Notes under the pieces: model-generated
Seen by the model: the letters and a program-made list of their open reading frames with translations, nothing else
Told to the model about the DNA's origin: nothing
Databases searched by the model: none
Assembly: GCA_963805975.1 (NCBI GenBank)
Contig: CAWDVR010000001.1
Location: 1,056,001-1,120,000 of the forward strand
Source of the DNA: an uncultured Acidobacteriota bacterium
GTDB lineage: Bacteria > Acidobacteriota > Thermoanaerobaculia > Multivoradales > SZUA-115
Direction of reading: 5' to 3'
DNA: 64,000 bases
Position numbers and translations under genes: made by a program
Shown here: in pieces, positions 17,833-27,006 of the stretch
How positions within the stretch are numbered: the first letter of the stretch is position 1
Layout of the letters: every line of letters starts with the position of its first letter

Positions 17833-20652
17833 GTGAGACGAGAGATTTCTCGGGGTTCGGGATGGGTCTGGGGTCGAACAGTGGCTGCGCTGTTGGCAGT
17901 GCTGGTCGGGCTGGCACCGGCGCCCGCCCGTGCACAAGGCGCGGAAACGGCAACCCAGTGGGTGCGCTGGGAGATCACCCAGCCTCTCACCAGTACCGCA
18001 CCGTCGACCAACCAGGACTTCTACCGCAACGTGAAGCTGCGCGTCGCCTTCGAGCGCAAGGTGGGCGGCGTGGTCCAGGAGAAGTTCGACAGCCTGGCGT
18101 TCTGGGTGGGCAACAAGGACCTCAAGTTCCGCGCCGCCTTTCCGACCGCCGGGACCTGGACCTGGACCTCGGCCTGCGAGGTGGGCTGCACCAACACCGC
18201 GGAGGCCGGCGGCCTGGTCAAGACCGGGACCGTGCAGGTGAACGCCTACACCGGCTCGACCGCCCTCTACAAGAACGGTTTCCTCAAGATCAAGGCGGGC
18301 ACTGCGGCGGACCGCGGTTTCCTCACGTTTCACAACGGGACTGCGTTCCCCTGGATCGGAGACACGGCCTGGGCGGGGCCGATCAACGCCACGTCGGCGG
18401 ACTGGACGAGCTATCTCAAGACCCACGCCAAGAGCCGCCAGAAGATGAAGTACACCGTCATCCAGGTCGCCTACCCGATCGACTGGATGCAGACCGACGG
18501 CGTCCAGCCCAACTTCCCCGGATCTCCCAACCAGAAGCCGTTCAAGGTCGCGAACTGCGACAACAGCGGAGCGATCCCGCGCTCCACCTGCCAGCCGGAC
18601 CCCGCGTTCTGGCAGGAGTACGACCGCCGGATCCAGGAGGCCAACGACGCCGGCTTCGTGGTCTGCCTGATCGGCCTCATGGAGAGGATCCTGGAGGACA
18701 AGCCCTGGCCGCCCAGCGCGGAGTCGCAGCACCTGGCGCGCTACGTGGCCTCCCGTCTGGCCGGCAACTTCGTGGTCTACTCGCCGAGCTTCGACCGCCC
18801 CAAGGCGGACCAGAGCACGCGCATCAACGCCGTGGGCGCCGAGGCCGCTGCCGTCAGCCGCAGCTATGCCACGCCGACCGCGACGCCGGGCAAGGCGCGG
18901 CAGCTCATCGGTCTCCATCTCGCCGCCTCAGACGCATCCAGCGACTACCTCTTTTTCAAGAGCCAGCCCTGGCTGAGCTTCTACCTGATGCAGAGCGGCC
19001 AGGCGCTCAACCTGGCCTACAGCGCGATCTGTGGCAACCAGACCGCCTGCCAGTGCAACACGGCATCGGGCCTCAACGAGAAGAAGGTGCGCGACGAACA
19101 GCTCCGCCTGGTGGCGACGCGAGCAATAGACATGGTGACGGCGATCCGGGCCGGCGATCCCGCCAAGCCGGTGGTCAACGCGGAGGCGATCTACGAGACC
19201 AACGACCTCGGACCGGCGTGCAAGCTGTGCATCTCCCGCCCCTGCGCGAAGAACCCCTCCTGCCCGGCCTGTGCCACGCAGTCCGGGGCCTGCGACAACC
19301 GCTGCCCGGCGCAGCCCTATGCCGAGCACTACAGCCCGCTCCGCGTGCGGCAGACGGGCTACTACTCGCTGTTCTCCGGGGCGGCGGGCTACACCGCCGG
19401 CGCCGGGGGGGTCGTCGACTGGACGGGCTACGTGTCCGGTCTGAACCGCGAGGCGACCACCACCATGAAGCAACTCGCCGGGCTGATGAGCAACGTGCCG
19501 TGGTCGATCCTGCGGCCGGCGCAGGACCGGCTGACGGGCAACAGCCTCAGCGGCGCCGTGTGGACCCGCAGAGTGGCCATGGCGAACGCCGAGAACCTGC
19601 TGGTGTACTCACCCAACAACAGCAAGTTCGAGGTCAAGACCGGCAACCTCGCCGGCTGGCCGAACCAGTGGAGCAAGCAGTGGTTCAACCCGCGCGCCAC
19701 CACCGGCACCGGGTTCACGGACGTGGCGGCCCAGGAGCGTAACTGCGCGAGCCCGACCTGCAGCTTCCAGCCGCAGGCCGCCGGAGACTGGGTGCTGGTG
19801 CTCAAGAAGGTGGGCTCCTCGCAGAGCCAGGCCCTGGGGAGCCTCCGCGCCTGGGCGACCACCGCCGGCGAGGACGAGGTGCCCGTGGTCGTCACCCAGT
19901 TCGTGGACGAAGAGGGCGTTCCAGTCGGGGACCCCGTGCAGGTGAGCGATGCGCTGGACCTAGCGGAGAAGGCGGAGCCGCGCGTGGTCCGCGATGCCAA
20001 CGACAACTACCTCGTGGTGTGGGAATCTGCTGGGGGCGAGGAGGCTGCGCGCCTCTCGGCCCGGCGGCTCGACGGCCACGGCAACCCGCTCGAAAGCGCG
20101 TTCACCCTGGGCAGCAGCGAGTCGGCGTCGCTCGGGGAGGCCTCGGTCGTTCCGCTCGATCCCGGCGGCTTCGCCGTGGCCTGGGTGAGCCGCGGCGAGG
20201 CATCCCAGGTCTTCCTGCGCACGATCGACGGTCTCGGCAACTTGCAGTCGCCGGTCACCGTGGCCACGGCCGGCCCCGGTAACGCGCTGGCGAACCCCGA
20301 GCTCGCGAGCGACGAGAAAGGTGCCTACGTGGTCGTCTGGCAGGAGATGGCGCCGCCGTCCGATTCCGAGGCGGACTTCATAGAGCTCGCCTCCTCGGTG
20401 AAGCTCCAGCGCTTCGACGCGACGGGCTCGGCCGTGGGGTCGGAGGCTCTGGTGACCCTCTTCCCGACCGAGGCCCCGTTCGAGGTGGGATCGGTCTCGC
20501 TCGGCAACGCCGGGGAGGTGATGGTGGCCTGGGATAGCTGGGACAACGCAGGTGGCTTCGACGGCGTCTTCGCGCGGCCCATCGACAGCCAGGGAGGCGT
20601 AGGAGAAGTGCTCACGGTCTGGGTGCCGGAGGAGGAATCCAGCTCCTTCTAG
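17833..20652 (+). CDS. Secreted DUF5060/DUF4038 (apiosidase-like) glycoside hydrolase with Cys-rich inserts and C-terminal beta-repeat region
   Basis: GAGAGG SD + GTG, signal peptide ending APARA-Q. FW.G...FRAAFP..GTWTW, GTAFPWIGDTAW, P.FWQEYDRRI, F...QSG, KPVVNAEAIYE, SGAAGYT.G, WFNPR, GDWVLVL; C-terminal VVWE/VAW repeats. Confidence 0.75.
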   Translation: MRREISRGSGWVWGRTVAALLAVLVGLAPAPARAQGAETATQWVRWEITQPLTSTAPSTNQDFYRNVKLRVAFERKVGGVVQEKFDSLAFWVGNKDLKFRAAFPTAGTWTWTSACEVGCTNTAEAGGLVKTGTVQVNAYTGSTALYKNGFLKIKAGTAADRGFLTFHNGTAFPWIGDTAWAGPINATSADWTSYLKTHAKSRQKMKYTVIQVAYPIDWMQTDGVQPNFPGSPNQKPFKVANCDNSGAIPRSTCQPDPAFWQEYDRRIQEANDAGFVVCLIGLMERILEDKPWPPSAESQHLARYVASRLAGNFVVYSPSFDRPKADQSTRINAVGAEAAAVSRSYATPTATPGKARQLIGLHLAASDASSDYLFFKSQPWLSFYLMQSGQALNLAYSAICGNQTACQCNTASGLNEKKVRDEQLRLVATRAIDMVTAIRAGDPAKPVVNAEAIYETNDLGPACKLCISRPCAKNPSCPACATQSGACDNRCPAQPYAEHYSPLRVRQTGYYSLFSGAAGYTAGAGGVVDWTGYVSGLNREATTTMKQLAGLMSNVPWSILRPAQDRLTGNSLSGAVWTRRVAMANAENLLVYSPNNSKFEVKTGNLAGWPNQWSKQWFNPRATTGTGFTDVAAQERNCASPTCSFQPQAAGDWVLVLKKVGSSQSQALGSLRAWATTAGEDEVPVVVTQFVDEEGVPVGDPVQVSDALDLAEKAEPRVVRDANDNYLVVWESAGGEEAARLSARRLDGHGNPLESAFTLGSSESASLGEASVVPLDPGGFAVAWVSRGEASQVFLRTIDGLGNLQSPVTVATAGPGNALANPELASDEKGAYVVVWQEMAPPSDSEADFIELASSVKLQRFDATGSAVGSEALVTLFPTEAPFEVGSVSLGNAGEVMVAWDSWDNAGGFDGVFARPIDSQGGVGEVLTVWVPEEESSSF

Positions 20653-20696
20653 CGCTGCACCGGAAGCGTGGGGCGAGGGGAGGCGCGGCGACGCTG

Positions 20697-20705
20697 TGTT
20701 ACATT
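20697..20705 (+). promoter_or_regulatory. Extended -10 element upstream of the coaBC-like gene
   Basis: TG-T-TACATT 12 nt before ATG 20718, with no SD: possible short-leader transcript. Confidence 0.4.
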
Positions 20706-20717
20706 GCGCAGCCGCCC

Positions 20718-21953
20718 ATGCGAGACGGTTTTCCGCCCCCCACGCCCTCCGATCTCGAGGACCGCGCGGTGCCCCTCCTCGGGCGACACCTCGCGGGCAA
20801 GCGGATCGCGTTGCTGGTCACCGGCGGCATCGCCGCCTTCAAGGCGCCGCTGGTGGCCCGCGCGCTGCGGAAACAGGGCGCGGAGGTAGTGGCCTTCGCT
20901 TCGCAGGAGGCGCTCCGCTACGTGACCGCGGAGACGCTCGAGTGGTCGACGGTGAACCCGGTCGTCACCCGTCTGACGGCCGCGGCCGAGCACCTCTCCG
21001 ACGCCGCGCCCTTCGACGCCTACCTCGTGGCTCCGGCCACGTACAACACGATCAACAAGCTGCGCCACGGCATCGCGGACTCGGTGGTCTCCGCGGCGCT
21101 GGCCTCGGCGCTGGGGCGCCTGTCGCAAGGACGGACGAAGGTCCTCCTCGCGCCCACGATGCACGGCACGCTCCATACGCCGATCCTCACCGAGTCCCTA
21201 GCCTTCCTCGCCGAGCTGGGTGTGGAGGTGCTGCCGCCGCGCGACGACTACGGCAAGCACAACCTGCCGTCCGAGGACGAGATCGTGGCCGCGGTCTGCC
21301 GCGCCGTCTCGACATCGAAGCTGCGCGGCCGGCGCATCCTGGTCACCGGCGGCCCCACGCCGGTGCCGATCGACAGCGTGCGCCGCATCACCAACGTGTT
21401 CACCGGCGCTTTGGGCGCTGCGATCGCCGAGGAGCTCCACCTGCGCGGCGCCGAGGTGGACTGGATCCACGGCCAGTCCGCTTTCCCGCCGCCGGCTCAC
21501 CTGCCCCACACCGTGATCCGCACCTACGACGAGTACCGGGCGCGCGTCTACGAGCTGCTGGCCGCGGGCTCCCACCAGGCGGCGATCTTCTCGGCCGGGG
21601 TCGCCGACTACCGGCCGGCCGAGGTGCGGAAAGGCAAGACGCCGAGCGGCGGAGCGCTCTCGAAGCTCGAGATGGTGGAGCTGCCGAAAGTGATCGACGA
21701 GGTGCGGAAAGCCTTCCCGGGACTCTACATGGTGACCTTCAAGTACCAGGAAGGCATCTCGCACGAGGAGCTGATGGCCATCGCCCGCGGGCGGCTCTCC
21801 CGCTTTCCGGCCGTGGTGGCCAACCGTGGCGAGGAGCGCGGGCCACAGGGCGAGCAGGTGGCCTACCTGGTGACGGAAGGCGCCGAGCCGTGGCGCATGG
21901 TGGGCAAGCCCGAGATCGCGCGGGCTCTCGCCGACCACCTCGAAGCGCTCTAG
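20718..21953 (+). CDS. coaBC: Bifunctional PPC decarboxylase/synthetase (Dfp/CoaBC) homologue, archaeal-type
   Basis: GKRIALLVTGGIAAFK, EHL, LVAPATYNTINKL.HGIAD, APTMH; then ILVTGGPT..PIDSVR.ITN, AGVADYRP, VVAN. Confidence 0.8.
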   Translation: MRDGFPPPTPSDLEDRAVPLLGRHLAGKRIALLVTGGIAAFKAPLVARALRKQGAEVVAFASQEALRYVTAETLEWSTVNPVVTRLTAAAEHLSDAAPFDAYLVAPATYNTINKLRHGIADSVVSAALASALGRLSQGRTKVLLAPTMHGTLHTPILTESLAFLAELGVEVLPPRDDYGKHNLPSEDEIVAAVCRAVSTSKLRGRRILVTGGPTPVPIDSVRRITNVFTGALGAAIAEELHLRGAEVDWIHGQSAFPPPAHLPHTVIRTYDEYRARVYELLAAGSHQAAIFSAGVADYRPAEVRKGKTPSGGALSKLEMVELPKVIDEVRKAFPGLYMVTFKYQEGISHEELMAIARGRLSRFPAVVANRGEERGPQGEQVAYLVTEGAEPWRMVGKPEIARALADHLEAL

Positions 21954-24292
21954 CCGGGCGACCGGCGCAGGGTGAGGAGGGCTCCGAGCCCGCCGAGCGT
22001 GAGGAGCCAGCTCGCCACCAGCGCCACGGCGACCAGCAGGCCCAGGCGCGCGTTGGAGGGGACCTGCGACAGGCCGAGCAGCCCGAAGCCGAGGGCGATG
22101 GCGACGGTGTCCGCGGTGATGGCCGGCCCCGCCTCGCGCAGTGAAACCGCCACGCGCTCCACCGGGTCCCCGCCTTTCTGCCGCTCCCAGCGCTCCATGA
22201 AGTGGATCGCGTAGTCGACGCCGACCCCCAGGGAGATGGCGCAGAACATGGAGGTCGCAACACCCAGTGGAATCTCCAGCCAACCCATGAGCCCGAACAT
22301 CCAGAGCCCCGAGAGCGAGGCCGGCAAGAGGGTGAGAAGGCCGATCCGCAGCGAGCGGTAGAGGAGGCAGACGGCGGCCAGGGAACCCGTGAGAGCGAGG
22401 GCCAGGGAGGTGACCTGGCTGTGCACGATGGCCGGGATCATCGCTTGGCTCACCGCGACGTCGCCGGCGAAGCCGAGGCGAGCGCCCACAGGCGTCAGCT
22501 CGCGCCGCTCGTAGTCGCGCAGGCTGCGGATCAACCGGTCGGTGTCGCGGTAGTTGGCCTCCTTGAGGAAGAGGGTCACCACCGTCTGGCGCAGGTCGTC
22601 GTGGATCACCTCGCGCCGCCGCACCTCGCTACGGACCCGGTCATAGAAGAGCAGCAGGCGGTCGATGACCTCCGGCCGGTCGGGGATCGCGCGGCCTTCC
22701 TCGCGCCGGCCGTGCCAGAGGTAGGAGACGTCGCTCAACTGGCCGGCGGCCCCGAGCACGCCGCCTACCCCCGGCTGGGAACGGGCAAACCGCTCGAAGC
22801 CGGCGACCGCGTCGAGGGCCGGCTTGCCGAGGAGCGGCCCCTGGCGCCGGCGCACCCGCGGCATGCTCTCCTCGGGGCCGTCGAATTCCAGATGGGCGAG
22901 CAGGAGGTGGGTGCCGTTCATCCGCGCGTTCACCGCGTCGGTGTCGCGGCGGAACTGGCTCTGCGGCGAGAAGCCGTCGATCCAGCCGTCCTGGACGACC
23001 AGCTTCGTCGCCCCCAGGCCCATGAAGGCCGTCACCAGAGCCAGCACCGCCACCGTCGTCCGCCCGTGCACGATGAGCGGGCGCAGGAAGCGCAGGGCCT
23101 CGCCGCCCGCCGCCGCATCCAGGTGCGGATGCCGCAGCTTCTCGGGGGAGAGCAGGGTCAGGGCAGCCGGCAGAGCCGTCACCGAGAAGACGATGCAGTA
23201 CAGGATGCCGAGGCCGGCGAACCAGCCGAAGGCGCGCACCGGTCCGATCGTGGAGGAGTTGAAGGAGAGGAAGCCCAGCAGTGTGGTCAGCGAGGTGAGG
23301 GCGATCGGCCGCACCATCTGCCGCATCGTCTGCCGCACGGCGTCGGGGTGAGGGCCGGGCGGCGTGCCGCCGGCGAGGATCCGTTGATACCGCCAGAGGA
23401 GATGAATGTCGTCCGCCACTCCCACGGTGGTGAGGATGACCGGTAGGAGGCTGGTCGTGAGATAGACCGGGACGCCGGCCCAGCCCATCAGGCCGAAGGT
23501 CCAGAGGCAGCACCCCGCAACCTCGGCGAACCCCAGCCAGACCCCCCAGGGCCGGCGGCAGCCCAGCCAGATGACCGCTCCGATGAGCAGCACGGAGGCC
23601 GGCAGGAGCAGCAGGAGGTCGCGCTGGATGTGGGTCCCCAGGAGCGCCTCGGCCACGGGGGCGCCGACGACGCGGATGCGGTCCCCGCCGCCGGCGAACG
23701 GAGCCGCCGCGGCGAGCACCTGGCGGCACAGGAGCGCCCGGTCGTAGCCGAGGAAACCGGGATCGCGCTCCGAGGGCGCCCCGACCAGGATCGCCAGCGC
23801 CCCGCGGTCGGCCGACACCAGGGTCCCGGTCAACACCGAGAGGGCGTCGACATCCGATTTCAGGACGGAAAGCAGCTCCGGCGTGGCGGGGAAGGGGTCC
23901 AGGAAGGGCCGGAAGATCAAGGTGTTCGGGTAGAGCCGGTCACGGTGCTCCGTGGCCAGGCTGACGACTTGGTCCGGACCGATGCCATCGAGCCGTGCCA
24001 GGACGGCGGTGAGATCCTGGAGCCGGCGCAGGGTCTCCGGGTTGTAGATCCCGTCCGAGTGGGAGGTCTCGAGGAGGACAACGATCGGATCGCGCAGGTG
24101 GAACTCGCGGCGGACCTCGGCATCGAAACGCACGGCAGGGTCGTCGGCCGGGACCAGGGCATGGCCGTCGGTGCGCCATTCGAGAAAGGCCAGCCCAGGC
24201 GCGGCCGCGAGGGTCAGGAGGGCAATTCCGGCGAGCGCCAGCCGAGGATGGTCGATCGCCCAGCCGGACCAGGCGAGCAGGAGCCGTCTCAC
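21950..24292 (-). CDS. MMPL/RND-family membrane transporter
   Basis: Two repeats of a periplasmic domain plus TM block; VGVADDIHL, TSLTTLLGFLS, LGVGVDYAIH, GFGLL.LS. Confidence 0.88.
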   Translation of the reverse strand: MRRLLLAWSGWAIDHPRLALAGIALLTLAAAPGLAFLEWRTDGHALVPADDPAVRFDAEVRREFHLRDPIVVLLETSHSDGIYNPETLRRLQDLTAVLARLDGIGPDQVVSLATEHRDRLYPNTLIFRPFLDPFPATPELLSVLKSDVDALSVLTGTLVSADRGALAILVGAPSERDPGFLGYDRALLCRQVLAAAAPFAGGGDRIRVVGAPVAEALLGTHIQRDLLLLLPASVLLIGAVIWLGCRRPWGVWLGFAEVAGCCLWTFGLMGWAGVPVYLTTSLLPVILTTVGVADDIHLLWRYQRILAGGTPPGPHPDAVRQTMRQMVRPIALTSLTTLLGFLSFNSSTIGPVRAFGWFAGLGILYCIVFSVTALPAALTLLSPEKLRHPHLDAAAGGEALRFLRPLIVHGRTTVAVLALVTAFMGLGATKLVVQDGWIDGFSPQSQFRRDTDAVNARMNGTHLLLAHLEFDGPEESMPRVRRRQGPLLGKPALDAVAGFERFARSQPGVGGVLGAAGQLSDVSYLWHGRREEGRAIPDRPEVIDRLLLFYDRVRSEVRRREVIHDDLRQTVVTLFLKEANYRDTDRLIRSLRDYERRELTPVGARLGFAGDVAVSQAMIPAIVHSQVTSLALALTGSLAAVCLLYRSLRIGLLTLLPASLSGLWMFGLMGWLEIPLGVATSMFCAISLGVGVDYAIHFMERWERQKGGDPVERVAVSLREAGPAITADTVAIALGFGLLGLSQVPSNARLGLLVAVALVASWLLTLGGLGALLTLRRSPG

Positions 24293-24296
24293 GGCA

Positions 24297-24320
24297 TCAT
24301 GGTAATTGCGTCATGGTAAT
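24297..24320. promoter_or_regulatory. Direct repeat TCATGGTAAT x2 in the divergent intergenic region
   Basis: Perfect 10-mers at 24297-24306 and 24311-24320 between the MMPL and hydrolase starts. Confidence 0.5.
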
Positions 24321-24351
24321 CTCGCGAAGGTTTTCTCTCAAGGATGGCGCC

Positions 24352-25881
24352 ATGGACAAGAGTCCGATCCGCGTTCTGATCCTCGCGCTCCTGGCGTGCT
24401 GTCTGACCGGTGCTGCCAACCGTCCGGTGAAAAAGGCCGGGGATCTCTCGTGGCAGCCATATCTGCTGGAGACCGCCGGTGGGGAGAAGGTCGAGGCGGA
24501 GCTCGGCACGTTGGTGGTGCCCGAGAGCCGCAAGCGGCCGGACGGCCGCCTGATCGAGCTCTCGTTCGTGCGGCTCAAGAGCCTGGCGCCGAACCCCGGT
24601 CCGCCGATCGTCTACCTGGCGGGCGGCCCCGGGGGCTCCGGCATCGATGCCGCACGCGGCGCCCGCCATCCGCTGTTCACGGCCTTGCGCCAGGTCGCGG
24701 ACGTGATCGCCCTCGACCAGCGCGGCGTGGGCTTGTCGGCTCACGTCCTGATGCTCTGCCGCGAGTCCTGGCTCCTTCCCATCGACCGGCCGGGGGAGCG
24801 GAGCACGATGATCGACGCCGCCCGGCGCCACTCCCGGTCCTGCGCCGAGTTTCTCGCCCGGAATCAGTTCGATCTCTCCGCCTACGACACCGACCAGAGC
24901 GCGGACGACCTGGAGGATCTGCGCCGGGCATTGGGCGCTCCTCGGCTCAGCCTGTGGGGCGTCAGCTACGGCACCACGCTGGCGCTCACCGCCCTGCGCC
25001 GCCATCCGGAGAGCTTCCACCGCGCCGTCCTGGCCGGCGTCGAAGGTCCGGGCCAGGGCCTCCGGCTGCCGAGTGAGGTCCAGAGTTTCCTCGAGCAGGC
25101 CGGCCGGATGGCCCGTACCGACCCGGGGACCCGCGACGCGGTCCCCGACCTGCTCGCGCTCATGCGCTCGGTGCTCGACCGTCTCGGCGAGCGGCCGGTC
25201 ACGGTCGAAGTGTTCGACGAGTTGGCGCGCCGCAAGGTCCCGGTCACCGTCGGCCGGTTCGACCTCCAGTTGATGACCGTGCAGGCCCTGGCCGACAGCG
25301 ACGGGCTCCGCCGGCTGCCGGCCGAGTACTTCGAGATGTCGCGGGGCGACTTCTCCCGGCTGGCGGATTTCGTCTACCAGCGGCGCAAGGGGTGGCTCGG
25401 GCAGGCGATGCCCTATCTGGTCGACTGCTCGCAGGGAACGCCGCCGGAGCGCTGGGCACGCGTCCTCGCGGAGGAAAAGGAGACGCTGCTGGGCCGCGTC
25501 GCGGACTTCCCGTACCCCGAGATCTGCGAGGGGTGGGGGCTCGCCGCCCCCGGTCCTGCCACCTGGGAGCCCGTGCGGTCCGAGGTTCCCGTCCTCCTCG
25601 TCAGCGGCACCCTGGACGGCCGCACGCCGCCGCAGAATGCCGTCGAGGCCGCCGAGGGGCTCCCTCATTCCATCCAGCTCGTGATCGAGGATGCGGGGCA
25701 TGGCGACGACCTGCTGATCGCCTCGCCGGCGATCCGTGAGGCGATCGTCGCCTTCCTCCAGGGCGGCAAACTGGCTACCGGGAGGATCGCTCTCCCTCCC
25801 TTCCGCTTCCAGCCGGCCGGGAGCCCTGTGCCGCCGGCCCCCCCTGCTCAGCGGAACTCGAGCAGCTCGAACGTGCCGTAG
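24352..25881 (+). CDS. Secreted alpha/beta hydrolase (TAP/tripeptidyl peptidase-like)
   Basis: Signal peptide, LAGGPGGSG, DQRGVG, DLEDLRRALG, nucleophile GVSYG, D.RTP, GHG. Confidence 0.9.
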   Translation: MDKSPIRVLILALLACCLTGAANRPVKKAGDLSWQPYLLETAGGEKVEAELGTLVVPESRKRPDGRLIELSFVRLKSLAPNPGPPIVYLAGGPGGSGIDAARGARHPLFTALRQVADVIALDQRGVGLSAHVLMLCRESWLLPIDRPGERSTMIDAARRHSRSCAEFLARNQFDLSAYDTDQSADDLEDLRRALGAPRLSLWGVSYGTTLALTALRRHPESFHRAVLAGVEGPGQGLRLPSEVQSFLEQAGRMARTDPGTRDAVPDLLALMRSVLDRLGERPVTVEVFDELARRKVPVTVGRFDLQLMTVQALADSDGLRRLPAEYFEMSRGDFSRLADFVYQRRKGWLGQAMPYLVDCSQGTPPERWARVLAEEKETLLGRVADFPYPEICEGWGLAAPGPATWEPVRSEVPVLLVSGTLDGRTPPQNAVEAAEGLPHSIQLVIEDAGHGDDLLIASPAIREAIVAFLQGGKLATGRIALPPFRFQPAGSPVPPAPPAQRNSSSSNVP

Positions 25882-26354
25882 CGGAGAATGCGCCAGGCGC
25901 CGCCGATCAGCGTCATCGAGTAGGTGTCGATGCCGTCGTTGGTGAACGACGCCCCCTCCCCCATCTTGCCGGCGGAGCGGAAGCGCACCGAGACGATGGC
26001 GCCCTGGTCGAAGCTCAGCACCGACGTGTCGAGCAGAGTGAGCGCGATCTCGGTGACCGGAGCGAGCTCGGTCTCGGCCCGCGTCATCCATTGCGCCGCC
26101 GTCAAGTAGTCCACGGCCGGCGCGCCCTCCCGCGCCAGGTTCACGGTGGAGACCACGGCGCTGGGCGCGAAGAGCATGCGCAGGGTGGCCCAGTCCTTCT
26201 TCTCGAAGGCGCGCAGGAACTGGTGGGCCACCGCGGCGGGGCCCTGCTCGGCCTGCATCTCCGCGGCGAGCGCCGCGCCGGGCGCCCACCCGGCAGCCAG
26301 CGCCGCCACCAGGCCGATGTGCCGTGCCGCCTTCAGAGCAGTGCTCTTTCTCAT
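25848..26354 (-). CDS. Secreted NTF2/SnoaL-like protein
   Basis: GGAGG SD, signal peptide, F.RAFEKKDW..LR.LFAP.A, GIDTYS.....WRI. Confidence 0.75.
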   Translation of the reverse strand: MRKSTALKAARHIGLVAALAAGWAPGAALAAEMQAEQGPAAVAHQFLRAFEKKDWATLRMLFAPSAVVSTVNLAREGAPAVDYLTAAQWMTRAETELAPVTEIALTLLDTSVLSFDQGAIVSVRFRSAGKMGEGASFTNDGIDTYSMTLIGGAWRILRYGTFELLEFR

Positions 26355-26389
26355 GACAGCCTCTCCTCCAAGTTGTCCGGCCGTGTGGG

Positions 26390-26899
26390 TCAGAAGATCT
26401 CGATCCGCTCCAGATAGCCGTACTGCAGGACCCGCCAGGAACCGGCCATCCGGATCAGCGAGTAGGTGTCGATGCCTTCGCTGACGAACGAGCGTGGGCC
26501 GGCACGGCCGGTGAAGCGGTACCGCAGGTTGACGACGGCGCCCTGCTCCAACGTCGCGGTGCTGCTGTCCAGGAGCTCCAGGCGCAGGTCCTTGAGGTAG
26601 GCATGGTTCTCTTCCGCGGAGGCTGCCCAGTCCGCGGCGCTGAAGCGGTAGAAACGGGGCTCGCCGGAGCGGAAGACCTCCACCCGGGAGACCGTCGCAT
26701 CGGGAGTGAAAAGAGCACGCACCGTGGCGAAGTCCTGCTGCTCGAACGCGCGGGCGAAACGGGTGGCGACCGCCAGGGGCGTCTCCCCGGAGCTCGCCGC
26801 GCCGGCCGGCTCGCCGGCAGCGGCGGGGACGGCGAAGAGCAGAGCTACCAGGACGAGGACCGCTCTTATGCTCGGAACCTGCGCGTCGAGCTCAGGCAT
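26390..26899 (-). CDS. Secreted NTF2/SnoaL-like protein, paralogue of the neighbouring gene
   Basis: GAGGAG SD, signal peptide, F.RAFEQQDF..VR.LFTP.A, GIDTYS.....WRV. Confidence 0.75.
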   Translation of the reverse strand: MPELDAQVPSIRAVLVLVALLFAVPAAAGEPAGAASSGETPLAVATRFARAFEQQDFATVRALFTPDATVSRVEVFRSGEPRFYRFSAADWAASAEENHAYLKDLRLELLDSSTATLEQGAVVNLRYRFTGRAGPRSFVSEGIDTYSLIRMAGSWRVLQYGYLERIEIF

Positions 26900-26953
26900 G
26901 ATCGCTCCTCTGCGAGACGAGAACGGGTCAAGGCTGCGATAGAAGGTGCGGGG

Positions 26954-26982
26954 TTGTCAAGGTTCTCATTTTTCACTATTCT
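26954..26982 (+). promoter_or_regulatory. sigma70-type promoter of the third ADOP gene
   Basis: TTGTCA-17 nt-TATTCT in an AT-rich patch 24 nt before ATG 27007. Confidence 0.6.
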
Positions 26983-27006
26983 TTCCGAGATCGAACCGGA
27001 TCAAAG

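Noticed and set aside
20718-21300. Flavoprotein domain as a LanD/EpiD RiPP decarboxylase
   Set aside because: Fused to a CoaB-like domain, and no precursor peptide or RiPP enzymes nearby.
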